Source: Malassezia furfur (Eukaryota). From it: a stretch of 46,496 bases of DNA. Position numbers and translations under genes: made by a program. The first letter of the stretch is position 1; each line of letters begins with the position of its first letter. The stretch is from NCBI GenBank assembly GCA_052055015.1, contig JBQJIT010000035.1; one strand, 5' to 3'. Positions 19,641 to 30,100 of this stretch are shown here, one piece after another. The notes under the pieces are model-generated. The model was not told where the DNA came from, did not search any database, and saw only the letters and a list, made by a program, of their open reading frames with translations.

Positions 19641-20079
19641 ACACCTTCCTATATCAGGCTAAATCTGGTCTGAGCTCTTGCATCAGATACTGATGTTGTG
19701 TGCCCACAAACTCAATAATTACTCGAGCTTCGCTTTGGCGTAATTTCGCCAAGAATTAATTCACTAATTGAACCACTAAAATGTGTATATCTTGAAGTCC
19801 CTTGGCTATACCCACAGTTACATATGGCATGTCTTGGTGCTCCTACTGGAACGGGAACAATTTGTATTAAAAGTCATTACTGAGTACATTAAACCACCTA
19901 GCTATATCAAGCAACCCACGCCGATTGAGGTCGCCGAGATGAGACCTTAGCAAGAAAAGCGTGGGATTAGAAGAATTACCAAACGTAGCACCAACGTGGG
20001 TATCAAATTAAGTGCGTGTGCGTTGGCTGCGAAGAAGGCACCCCAGAGCCTTGTGCAATGTTCCCCATGTTTGCGACCC

Positions 20080-21528
20080 TCACTGTCGATCCAGGTTCGA
20101 TGTCCCTGGAACAAGGACAGTAACAGGGGAGCTAATGGGTCCCAATGCGCCTAGGACGCCTGGCAAAGTGTCAGACTGAACAGGAATGGGACCAGCCGCC
20201 ATTGACACTCCGCTTGCAGCCCCAGCCGAGGGGGAGATGTGCTCCGTGGCGGGCTGGTGCGCAGCGCCCGGAGCCGAGCTGTCGTCCACGACTTCCGTGT
20301 ACGCCTCGGCGGTAGAAGTATGCGAGCTGAACGGTTGAGCTTCCACAGGGCCCGGGAAAGGTGCAGCTGCGGTCGATGGTCCATTTGACATGTTCGATTG
20401 TGCAGGTGCGCCATTCATGTTCGTCGGGGTATATGCAACGGAGTCCGACCCGCCAGTCTCGTTTATACCGTCCTGCTGAGGACCAAAAGCCCCAAATGTG
20501 TTTCCTGCATCTTCCAAGTCCGTTCGGGACGCATCTACCCTGTCCTTCTCCTGCGAGCCGCTGTCGGAGGCATGCCTGTCTCCGGGGATGGCGGACTCCA
20601 TGTCCGCAGGACCATCGCGTTCCGGATTGAATTTCCAAGAGAAGCGCTTCGGGAGATATTGCATCGGGTTGTACACATTCAGGATCACCACAGCGATCAA
20701 CACAAACACACCATCGAAAACGTACACGGCCCATTCTGTGGTGTTAATTACACCTTCCCAGCCGTCCGCCATCTCAATCACACGGTAGATGGATCGGAGT
20801 ACGATGAAGAAGCTCGATAAGAACACGGCCGCCATGAAGGGACGAAGCTTAAGGTACAGCGGCGGCCTGTCCTTTCGCACGCGGTACCAGAACGACAGGA
20901 ACGCCATATTGAATAGCACGTAGCCGGCCAGTTGGACGGCAACGCCACCAACAACAACCATGGAGCCATTGTGAGAGTCCTGTGTGAGACATGCACCCCA
21001 CGTACATGTTCGTTATCGGCTGTCGCAGCCGATGCGGCACCGACGCCCTGCACGACTAGTGATGCAACATCGATCGTGACAAAGATCGGTACGAGCAGAA
21101 TAGGCCGAACAGCAGAGTATTTGCGCGGGAACAGTGTTGCGATGCGCCCAATCGATGTGAAATGAACCTGCATGAGCAAGCGACGTACCGCAGCGAACAA
21201 ACACGGCGTGATGATGAGCAAACACTCCATCGCGACGTAGGGGTCACGGACGAAGGGGTCATGGTGTCCCTGGATGCGACTGTCTTAGTTTATTCACATA
21301 CACCGCATATCCACCGAGCTCGGCCAAGGTCCCTACAAGCATCACCAGCATCCACCATTGCCGATAGTAGAGGAGCTGGACAAAATGCACCGCGGATGTC
21401 AGTCCAAACATAACCACAAATACGACAGCTGCGGCGACATTTGGATAATACCCGTAGAGTGGATAAGTCGAGCGCTCCTCAAGGAGCATTTGTGGCTTCC
21501 ACCATCCCCCCTCGGTTGCGTTGAACAT
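20080..21528 (-). CDS. RTA1-like (lipid-translocating exporter family) multi-pass membrane protein. Introns 21280-21301, 21168-21188, 20980-21005; start uncertain
   Basis: YGYYPN, ELGGYAVR, ITPCLFAA, FVTIDVASLVVQGVG, GVAVQL, LRSIYRVIEMADGW, YVFDG. Confidence 0.88.
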
Positions 21529-21704
21529 CGTGTCACGGACGTGGTCAATTGGCCATTGCGTACAACGCCCGGCACATTCGCTCGCATAAACAGATTAGTC
21601 ATCAGCGCGTGAAAACGAGCAACACCGGCGAATGCATTGGTCGAGGTCATGAGGGGCTTGATCACTATGGAAGAGGGGACATTTATAAGCCATGAGTGTG
21701 CGCA

Positions 21705-22974
21705 TTACGCGGAAGAGGGGCGTCGTACAAAGGCCGCGCGTGTGTGGCGGTTTCGGTCCGACTGCAGTATGCCAGTGTCAAACGGCAGCGTCTGGCCTAT
21801 CACATTCTCCGAGATTGCGCGGTGGAGGCGTGGATCAGATGCAGGTTTCCGCACCTCGGCGGAGGGGGTGCCAGCAGCGGCGGCGACCGCCGCCACCGCA
21901 GGAGGATGTGTCGGTTTCGCGCGGACCCAGTTGGATGAGAGCTCTTGGGTCCAGCGGGACCACTGAGCAGCATCCACGACTAGGTCGTACTGGATCGTGC
22001 GCAAAAAGATGCGCTCAAGCTGCTCAATCTCGCGCGGCGCGAGGCCGGAGATCTTGCTCCAGGTCCGGTTCGAGTAGGTCTGGTCTTGGAGGAACTTCGA
22101 CGCAACGACGATCGCCGCCAAGAACATGCGACGACCACACAGAAGCGGTGACATAGACTGCGCACCACTTGGCGCGCTGCCCAGACATCCCAGCTCGGCT
22201 GCCGCAGACGGCGCCGAAGCGGCGAGCGACGGGAAGCATGGTTCCGGCTCCTGGGATGTCCGAGACGGTGGAAGCGCATCGGCGGTATCCGCCATCTTGT
22301 CGACACTCGCCTCCACCGCGCGCTTGCAACGGATGCAGTAGAGCAGCGCTGCTTGCAGCGTCGAGCAGTTCGTTCGACTCCGACGCAGAATCTCACGCAC
22401 AAACAAGTCCAGGGGAAGCGTATTGTTCGACGATGCACGGTCGCACGACGAGTGCTGCCGACTCTCGCGGGAGAAGCGCCCCCAGATCGAGGCGATCGTC
22501 GTGACCGCGGCATCTGCACAGGTGTTAGACGGCCCAGAGGCACTTGGGATACGCACCGACCAGATTTTCCACAAACAGCGCACGGTTCATCCGCAGCGCA
22601 CCACAGCCGAGGCCCGGCTTACTTGCCAGGCTGTTGCTGGGCGGCGCAGAGGATCCTGGCACTTCCGGCGCGGTCAGTTTGCACTTCTTCGACGCCGGCG
22701 CAAGGGGTGGCTCATGTATGTCGTCCTCCGCAGTCAGCAGTTCGCTGCAGCGCCGCGATTTGCCCGAGGATTGGGACAGACTGGGAGACGTGCTCTGGCT
22801 CGACAGGCTCGTCAGTGGGGAGTCGTCATTCTGTGCTGAGAACACAGACGATGCGCCCGACTGGGACGAGGCGGACGAGACAGAGGGCGCACCCGAGCCT
22901 GGGGCATCGAGCGGCGGCTTGGGCTCCGCCGCCGACTCCCAGCGACTCGGGGGTTTCTCGGGTTCCATTTGCAT
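21705..22974 (-). CDS. Pho85-type cyclin (Pcl5/Pas1-like). Intron 22514-22556
   Basis: LFVENLV-DAAVTTIASIW, FVREILRRSRTNCSTLQAALLY, CGRRMFLAAIVVASKFLQDQTYSNRTWSKISGL. Confidence 0.85.
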
Positions 22975-23041
22975 TCTGGGCGTGATGTTCAACGGTAATC
23001 AAATAGGCGGATAGGCAGGCAGGGATCGCACAAGGCTGCGA

Positions 23042-23197
23042 TCAGATCAAGAATGGGTCACTTGGCCGAAGAGGGCGGACAAACGGCTTCGTCAGGACAA
23101 GTGTTAATTCCATTCACAACGCGGGGTAGTCACGAGCAAGCTTAGCATGCGCGCGTGTCCAGCGAGGACACCACCGCAGAGATCATCTTAGTTTATA
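23042..23197 (-). promoter_or_regulatory. TATAAA (23192-23197) followed by two overlapping uORFs (23104-23148, 14 aa; 23042-23113, 23 aa) in the cyclin leader
   Basis: Read directly on the minus strand. An in-frame stop blocks extension of the main ORF. TSS unknown. Confidence 0.45.
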
Positions 23198-23492
23198 GGT
23201 TTGTCTTTTGGTTGAGGTTTAAAGGTAGGTTGTCGAGTGTAGAGCAGGCACAATGGTCCCGCACAGAGCGGTGGTGATCAATATGCCGCGTATGGCAAAC
23301 AAAAGGCGCAGATAACGTCTCTGTGTGGAAACGGAGACGCAAACAATCGTTGTATTTGTGGGCTGATGGGGCAGACACAATGTACCCAACTGACACCGAG
23401 TAGTCTGAGCCGACGTTGGGTCAAAGGAATCGGCCGTGGACCCAGCGTCCACCACTCGTGCGGACCCTTTGCCACACGACGGAATGCGCCCA

Positions 23493-23557
23493 CACGTGAC
23501 TCACAGCGGTGAAAGGGTTTTTGCGCCACACGCCTGCACATGATTCGCCGCCACGTG
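23493..23557. promoter_or_regulatory. Overlapping CACGTG + TGACTCA (23493-23503) and a second CACGTG (23552-23557) between the cyclin and SET genes
   Basis: Sequences cacacgtgactcac and ccacgtgt. Confidence 0.45.
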
Positions 23558-23622
23558 TAAAACCAACAGGGTTAACAGGGTCCTGCCCCGCGCTTTGCAG
23601 GGTGTGGAGGCGATCTTTGCGC

Positions 23623-26154
23623 ATGGAAGAGCTGGTGCGGTCGCTCCGCAATTTGGGCCTTGCCGCGCCGAGGGGCGAGCAAATTGTGTCGCTGGTCGAT
23701 GCAGACCCACGCACAGAAAAACAACTTGCGCAAGAGCTCGCCGTGCCTGCCCGCATTGATGCACAGGACGATGAGGACAGCGCAGCGGCTATGGTCGACG
23801 CCGCGCTCCTGAGCGGTGCGACGGAGGCCATGCTCGCTAACTACAACCGCGTGCTGCAACAAAACGTAGATGCACTGCGACAGGAGCGCGCAGCATGCAG
23901 TGCACCCAAGCCCGTAAAGCGCGTGCCGCTCAAGGCGCTGCTCGCGCAGCAAAATGCCGCCATCCGACGCCGCGAAGCCGAGCGCGAGGCAGGGACGCAG
24001 GGTGACAGCGTGTACACCCCGCGCCAGATCCTTGATACCGAGCACACGTTCCACTCGACTCGGCCTGTGAGTGCGCTTACGCATCTCGAATTTGATGAGC
24101 TGGTCGCACCGAAGCGGTTTGAGGGGCGCTATGTGGTTGTCCGCGTCGCCTCGCCCCTCAGCCTGTACGTCTCGTGCTCGTTCGTGGGCGAGTTTGCCTC
24201 CGGCGCCGCCATACCGATCAGCATTGCCTACTTTACGCCCAACTTGAAACTGCACGGTGACGAGTTGGACGCCATGTTGCCCGAGGGTACCCTGCTGCTG
24301 ATCCGCGAGCCGTACGTAAGCACGCACTACCTCGGCGTGGGCGGCCCCATCACGGGCGGCAAGGGTGTTACCGGCATCCGCGTTGATACGCCGTCGGATG
24401 TGATGGTGCTTGACGCGGACGACCCGCTTGTGATGGGGCTGAGCTGGCCCACGCCCCTGACTCCCGCGGCACCAGCGCTCTGGCGCCAAGAGGGCCCACT
24501 GGCGCGTGCCATGCAGCGGCAGCTCGCACAGCCCGATGCGCCACCCGCCCTCGTGGTACCTGACGTGTCGCGCGAGGCCGTGCGCGCGACCATCCGCCGG
24601 TTCCTCGCGCAGGACCGTCCAGGTGCGGCCTGGCGCGAGTGGCTCGCTGCCGAGCGCATCGGAGTGTGGTCGGCGAGCGGTGCGACAGGCGCCGACGATG
24701 CGCTGTTGCACGCCGACGTGCTGCTGGCACTGCGGTCGTATGCGGACGCCGAGGCCGTGCTGAACGCCGTGCCGCTCGAGGAGCGCGATGATGCATGGAC
24801 GCAGCGCATGGCGGACGCAACCGCCGCGCTCGACTTTGGTCTGCATGGCCCAACCGGTGCGACGCTCGAGCGCATGTTTGCCGCGACGCTGGACGACACG
24901 ACGCCGCGGTTCTCCTATGCTGAGTTCCATGGCCCGATCGAGGTGGCCAACATTCCTGGCGCCGGCCGCGGGCTGGTGCTGACACGCGACGTCGAGCCGG
25001 GCGAGCTGCTGCTGTGCTGCCGTGCGCTCGGGAGTAGCTATAGTGCCGACGCTGCGTGCGACGGCGTGCCGCTGCTGCGCGTCAACATCGACAATGGCGT
25101 GACGAGCACCACGACGCAGGTGCTTGCCGCGACACGGTGCATCCACGCAGTGCTGGACCGCCCCGAGTGGGCGACGGCGTTCTTCGGGCTTACCGCGGGG
25201 CCCGACGTGCCCTACTCGCCGTTCGTCAGCGAGCCGTACCCCCTGCGGACGCGGCCCCTCGCGGGCGACGCGGCGATCGCGAGCGGGTCCCAGGCGCCGG
25301 ACGTGAGTGCGGCGTACGTCAACGGCGTCCTGCGCTTTAACGCGTTTGGCCCCGCGGCGACGCCCGCGGCCGCGAGCGGCAACGACCCCATGTCGCGCTC
25401 GACGATGCCGCATCTGCTCCCCGCGATCCTTAACCATGCGTGTTTGCCGAACGTCTCGTCGGTGTTCTTTGGCGACATGGTCACGACGCGCGCGCTGCAT
25501 CCCCTGCCGCGCGGCACACAGATCATGCACCAGTACGTGCAGGGCGAGCTGCCATACGACACGAGGCAGTCGCTCCTGGCCAAACACGGCTTCCGGTGCA
25601 CGTGTGAGCTGTGTGTACTGGACGAGCGCGACGGGCCCGAGGCGCTGCGCAAGCGCCAGGAGCTGCTGGCCACGACGCTGCCGCCACTCGTCGACCGGAG
25701 CCGCGCGCTGCTGAACAATGCGGCACTCGCGTCCGACGATGCGCACCGCGAGGTGGTCGAGGCGCTCGAGGCGCTCGCAGACGCGCTGCACGCCACGTAC
25801 GATGCGACGCGCGGCGCGCTGCGTCCCGACGTGGTCGACGTGCTGCACCGCGCCGCGCAGCATGCGGCCGCGTACGACGTCGCGCACGCGACGTCGCTCG
25901 CGCGTGCGGGCGCCGAGGCGACTGGTGCACAGCTCTCGGCGCGCGGCATCGCGCGGCTCCCGAGCGTGCACCTGGACGGCGCGATCCAGTGCCTGCTGAC
26001 GCTCGCGCGCCTGCACGCCGACGACGCCGACGCGTGCCGCGCGTGGGTCGATGCGGCGGTCGCGACGCATGACTCGATGATCGGTGGGGGAGCGCCGCTG
26101 TTTGTGCAGCGCTACGACCCGGGCGAGTACGAGGTGTTGCAGGGGCTTGCATAG
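23623..26154 (+). CDS. SET-domain protein lysine methyltransferase with TPR-like helical region
   Basis: GAGRGLVLTRDV..GELL, ILNHACLPN, and post-SET GFRCTCELC. Confidence 0.85.
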   Translation: MEELVRSLRNLGLAAPRGEQIVSLVDADPRTEKQLAQELAVPARIDAQDDEDSAAAMVDAALLSGATEAMLANYNRVLQQNVDALRQERAACSAPKPVKRVPLKALLAQQNAAIRRREAEREAGTQGDSVYTPRQILDTEHTFHSTRPVSALTHLEFDELVAPKRFEGRYVVVRVASPLSLYVSCSFVGEFASGAAIPISIAYFTPNLKLHGDELDAMLPEGTLLLIREPYVSTHYLGVGGPITGGKGVTGIRVDTPSDVMVLDADDPLVMGLSWPTPLTPAAPALWRQEGPLARAMQRQLAQPDAPPALVVPDVSREAVRATIRRFLAQDRPGAAWREWLAAERIGVWSASGATGADDALLHADVLLALRSYADAEAVLNAVPLEERDDAWTQRMADATAALDFGLHGPTGATLERMFAATLDDTTPRFSYAEFHGPIEVANIPGAGRGLVLTRDVEPGELLLCCRALGSSYSADAACDGVPLLRVNIDNGVTSTTTQVLAATRCIHAVLDRPEWATAFFGLTAGPDVPYSPFVSEPYPLRTRPLAGDAAIASGSQAPDVSAAYVNGVLRFNAFGPAATPAAASGNDPMSRSTMPHLLPAILNHACLPNVSSVFFGDMVTTRALHPLPRGTQIMHQYVQGELPYDTRQSLLAKHGFRCTCELCVLDERDGPEALRKRQELLATTLPPLVDRSRALLNNAALASDDAHREVVEALEALADALHATYDATRGALRPDVVDVLHRAAQHAAAYDVAHATSLARAGAEATGAQLSARGIARLPSVHLDGAIQCLLTLARLHADDADACRAWVDAAVATHDSMIGGGAPLFVQRYDPGEYEVLQGLA

Positions 26155-26164
26155 GACTATATAC

Positions 26165-29100
26165 CTAGAACGGCGCCGGTGTCGCGGGGTGCGCGAGCCA
26201 GTCCCAGCGCTGGTGGTGGTGGTGCCACACGTCCCACTCGAGCTTGGCCAGGAGCTCGAGCTCGAGCGCGCGCGCCTTGGCGAGCGCGTCGCGTGTCTCG
26301 CGCGTGCCGCGCCCCAGCTCCTCGCGCTGCTTGCGCACAAGCTGCAGCGCGGCGCCATAGCGCTTGTGGCGCATGTGCCATGCGATCACGAGGTTGGTAT
26401 GCGTGGCCTGCGCCTTGGACGCGCCGCCCGTGTCGCTCAGGAAGCGGCGTGCACGTAGGAGCGCGTCGTCAAAGGCCGCGTCGTCGAGCGTGTGCAGCGC
26501 CTCGGCCTTGCGCACGAGCGCCAGCTCAAACGCACGCAGCTCGGCGTCGCGGCGCTTGTGCAGCGCCTTGTCGTCGGCACTCTGCTCGCGCGCGGGCGGG
26601 TGCTTGGTGCCGCGGTAGAGCAACAGGGCGTCCTCGTCGAGCTTGCCAAGGATCGCGTCGGCGGCCTGCAGCGCGCGCGGCGCATCGTCGCGCGACGTGG
26701 CGTCGCTCGCATCGAGCTGCGCAACGAGCACGTCGAGGTCGTCGGGGTGCTCGGCGAGCAGCTTGGCGAGGAACGCGCGCTGCTCGTCGCCCTCGAGCTT
26801 GGGCACGAGCGCAGCCAGGAGCGCGGGCAGCTTGGGGCCGTCGTCCTTGGCCGGTGCGCCCTCGGCGTCCTTCTTGGGCGCAGGTGCGGGCGGGACAACC
26901 ACGCGCAGCGGGTGCGTGTCGTGCGTGCCGACCGTGAGCGTGCCGAGGAGCACGTCGCCGGGCTTGGCGGCGGCGGGCAGGCGGTCGCCCTCGAGGTGCG
27001 CGTCGATGCACAGCACACGGCGCTCGCCGGGGAAGAGCTTCACGGCATCGAGCTTGGCGGGCGGTGCGTCCGGCGTCGGCGTGCCGTACGCCGCGACGTG
27101 GTCCGCGTACACGTCCAGCGCAATCTCCTTGGGCTTGCTGAGCTTCTCGTCGACGGCGAGCGGCAGGTCACGCAGCGACTCGAGCACTGCGTCGTCGTCG
27201 TGCAACACCTGCGCGTACAGCGTGTACTCGCCGCGCGGCACATTCACCTCCTTGGGGTACACGTCGCCGAATGCGACCGTCGCCTTGTGCTGGTCGACGA
27301 GCTGCGTGAGGAGCGTCACGCTGTTGTCGTACACGTAGCCGGACACGGGCAGCTGGTAGGTGAGCGCGGCGCTCGGCTCGGTGACCGCGACGGGGTACTC
27401 GAGCACGAGCTCGCTGAGCTGCCGGCCGCTCGGCACGCGGTCGCGCGGCGCGAGCAGCGGACGCACCGTGCTCTTGGTTGGGCGCACAAACGCACGACGC
27501 GTGTCGAGCGTGGCGCTTGGCTTGCACTCCTCAATGCGCAGGCGCGACGTCGCGTTGACGCGCTGCAGCCCCTCGCCCGCGACGAGCGAGATGGGCTCCG
27601 CAAGCGATGCGCCGACGTCCAGGCCGTGGAACTCGATGCTCAGCTCCAGGTCAAAGCCCGCGCGGCTCGCCCAGAACTGCGCCGCACACACCTCCATCGT
27701 ACGCAGCCCCTCCACCGCGACGCGCTTCACCACCGGCTCGTCCTGGTTCAGCGCAAAGACAAACGCGTGCTCGATCTTGGAGCGGCGCGCCTGCGGCACA
27801 AGCTGCAGCATGTGCAGCCAGAAGCGCACACTCGTGTTCGGCACATCGTGCTTCCGGCTGCACACGCGCACCTCGGCCCACGTCGCGCCGCTCGGCACCT
27901 GCACAAACTCGCGCTGGATCGCGCCGGCCTCGAGATGCACCGCGGGGTAGCGGTACGTCGGCGCGGGGAGCACGTGCGGCTTGGTCACCACGACGGGAAC
28001 CTCGAACAGCTTGGTCTGCGCGCCCGCCGTGTCATACGCACGCACCCAACCGACGTGCAGGCCCGCCGGCAGCGTCTGCGCCGCGACGCGCACCTCGAAC
28101 GTGCGCCCGTTTGCACCGAGCACAAGGAAGTCGGGCGTCTCGATCCACGGCGCACTCGCCTCGAGGCGCGCACGCACCTCGAGCGCAAACGCGCGCTCCG
28201 TCTCGGCGCGCTTGAAGCGCGGCTGCACCGTCACGTTCAACTGGTTCAGGCGCGCCGTCTCGGGCGCCTCGCGCAGATACACGCCGCGCATGTCCGTCTC
28301 CTTGCCGAGCGGCTTGCCTGCGGGCGCGACACGCACCGAAAAGTCGGCGTCCGCGTACGCATCGTCCGCGTGTGCCTCGAGGTAGTCGTACGCCTTGTTC
28401 ACGTTGAGGAAGCGCACGCCGAGGGCGTCGCCCACCTCCTCACCCGTCTCGCGCAGCGCAGCAAAGATGCGTGCGGGCGACACGCGGCGGCCCTGCGCCT
28501 TGAGCGCGCTCACGAGCAGCGCGACGGCGCCCGCCGCGTTCGGCGAGCTCATCGACGTGCCGTTCATGAGCTGCTTCGACTGCAGCGCGTACCGGCAGAT
28601 GGACGTGATCGCCGCGCCGGGCGCGTAGATCGACACGCCGCGCTCGCCGTCCGCCGTCGGGCCACGGCTGCACCACGTCGTCACACTCGACTTCACTTCG
28701 GGCTCCACCAGCGCATACTCGGCCTGCTGCATGTCGCCCTCGGTGACGTAGGCGCCCACACTCAACACGCCCGACGTCGTCCCGCCTGGCTGTCCGACGG
28801 TAGACAGTGCAGGGCCGTCGTTGCCGGCGCTGCTCACGAAGCACACGTCGTGCTCCTCGATCGCCGTGCGGAGCGCCGCCGCAAACGCGCCGCGGTTCTC
28901 CACGCCGAGCGCGCCATCCTCGCCAAAGGACATGTTGGCAACGTCGCAGCGCGTGTCGATCATGGCCTGCGCAGCACGCAGCAGTGCCTGGCCCTGCTCC
29001 ATGCTCGCGAGACGCGAGTCGCCGATACGCAGACTCACAATCTCGGCACCGGGCGCCACGCCGTTCGTCGCCGCCTCGTCGGTGCGCGCGGCAATGATGC

Positions 29101-30061
29101 CCGCAACGTGCGTGCCGTGCGTGCCGCTGAGCGTCACGAGCGAAAGCAGGTTGCCGTCGTCGAGGATGTTCACCGTGTAGGTAAGCAGGTCCATCTGCCC
29201 AAAGTAGGACCATTCGCGCTCCTCACGGAAGTCAGTCAGGAGCTTGGCACCGCGCAGGTCGACTTCAGGCGCACGCACCCCCGCAGGCTCACCCAGCGCG
29301 GGGTCAGACGCCTCGCCCTCGCCGCCGCCGACCGCCGCGCGCCAGTGCGTGCCATCATGGAAGACGACCGTCTCGATGATCGGACCCGCGTCCTTCCACG
29401 ACTTGTGCAGCGCACGCAGCAGGTCGATGCGCGTCTGCAGCTCGTCCTTGCGCTGCGCATCTTCCTCCTTGACCTCGGCGAGCTCGCGCTGGACACGCTG
29501 CAGCAGCGCCGCATGGCTCACGTCAAACGCGGCACGCCGCTGCTGCGTACGCCGCTTGACCAGCTCCGTGGGCCACAAGTCGTAGGCGCGCTTCGCACCC
29601 ACCTTCCACACGCCCGTTGGGTTCTTCCACTCAGGCGAAATGCGAAGCGTGCGCTTCGTCGTGGGCGATTCGATCGCCAGCGCCGCGCCGTCCTCGGTGG
29701 GCTTCGCCTCGGCGACGGTCAGCGGAATGTCGCCGGCGCCGCTGCAGTCGATCACGTCCACGACCTTGTTCGGGCCGTCCAGACCCAGCGCTGCAGGATC
29801 CACACCCGTGTCGAGCACCGCGACGCGCACGTTGCGCCCATCGTACTCGGGGAATCGCTTTAGGAATGCATCGGCGCCCGTCGCCTGCTTCGGCAGCAGG
29901 CCGTGCACGGGAAACGGCCGCTCCGACGCGGGTCGCGCTTGCTCACTGCTCATCGCGCTCATTGCTACGCCTCTCGTACACGCACGCAGCCAATGTGCCC
30001 TGCTCAGTCCACGCGTCGCAAGAAGCTGCACGTCAGCGGCCCATCCACGCACCGTGCGCAT
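26165..30061 (-). CDS. TPP2: Tripeptidyl-peptidase II (S8). Start at 30061 (with presequence-like extension) or 29962/29953
   Basis: Catalytic motifs VAVLDTGVDP, HGTHVAGII and MNGTSMSSPN. TPP II-specific VVDVIDCSGAGD and TTWCSRGPTADG. Confidence 0.93.
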   Translation of the reverse strand: MRTVRGWAADVQLLATRGLSRAHWLRACTRGVAMSAMSSEQARPASERPFPVHGLLPKQATGADAFLKRFPEYDGRNVRVAVLDTGVDPAALGLDGPNKVVDVIDCSGAGDIPLTVAEAKPTEDGAALAIESPTTKRTLRISPEWKNPTGVWKVGAKRAYDLWPTELVKRRTQQRRAAFDVSHAALLQRVQRELAEVKEEDAQRKDELQTRIDLLRALHKSWKDAGPIIETVVFHDGTHWRAAVGGGEGEASDPALGEPAGVRAPEVDLRGAKLLTDFREEREWSYFGQMDLLTYTVNILDDGNLLSLVTLSGTHGTHVAGIIAARTDEAATNGVAPGAEIVSLRIGDSRLASMEQGQALLRAAQAMIDTRCDVANMSFGEDGALGVENRGAFAAALRTAIEEHDVCFVSSAGNDGPALSTVGQPGGTTSGVLSVGAYVTEGDMQQAEYALVEPEVKSSVTTWCSRGPTADGERGVSIYAPGAAITSICRYALQSKQLMNGTSMSSPNAAGAVALLVSALKAQGRRVSPARIFAALRETGEEVGDALGVRFLNVNKAYDYLEAHADDAYADADFSVRVAPAGKPLGKETDMRGVYLREAPETARLNQLNVTVQPRFKRAETERAFALEVRARLEASAPWIETPDFLVLGANGRTFEVRVAAQTLPAGLHVGWVRAYDTAGAQTKLFEVPVVVTKPHVLPAPTYRYPAVHLEAGAIQREFVQVPSGATWAEVRVCSRKHDVPNTSVRFWLHMLQLVPQARRSKIEHAFVFALNQDEPVVKRVAVEGLRTMEVCAAQFWASRAGFDLELSIEFHGLDVGASLAEPISLVAGEGLQRVNATSRLRIEECKPSATLDTRRAFVRPTKSTVRPLLAPRDRVPSGRQLSELVLEYPVAVTEPSAALTYQLPVSGYVYDNSVTLLTQLVDQHKATVAFGDVYPKEVNVPRGEYTLYAQVLHDDDAVLESLRDLPLAVDEKLSKPKEIALDVYADHVAAYGTPTPDAPPAKLDAVKLFPGERRVLCIDAHLEGDRLPAAAKPGDVLLGTLTVGTHDTHPLRVVVPPAPAPKKDAEGAPAKDDGPKLPALLAALVPKLEGDEQRAFLAKLLAEHPDDLDVLVAQLDASDATSRDDAPRALQAADAILGKLDEDALLLYRGTKHPPAREQSADDKALHKRRDAELRAFELALVRKAEALHTLDDAAFDDALLRARRFLSDTGGASKAQATHTNLVIAWHMRHKRYGAALQLVRKQREELGRGTRETRDALAKARALELELLAKLEWDVWHHHHQRWDWLAHPATPAPF

Positions 30062-30089
30062 GCAGTACGAAGCCACGTCGCGCACGCGT

Positions 30090-30095
30090 CACGTG
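30090..30095. promoter_or_regulatory. GTCACGTG E-box between TPP2 and the Rab escort protein gene
   Basis: In the divergent interval, but only 5 bp from the ATG at 30101. Confidence 0.4.
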
Positions 30096-30100
30096 CACTC

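Noticed and set aside
19245..20079. AT-rich interval as a possible centromere or horizontally acquired DNA
   Set aside because: Only moderately AT-rich, short, and partly explained by the RTA1-like pseudogene.
26492..29863. 1123-aa plus-strand ORF (likewise 23572-26358 -, 13020-15116 +, 20-1156 +, 31902-33368 +)
   Set aside because: These are antisense shadows of well-supported genes. High GC3 removes stop codons on the opposite strand, and the translations have no recognisable motifs.
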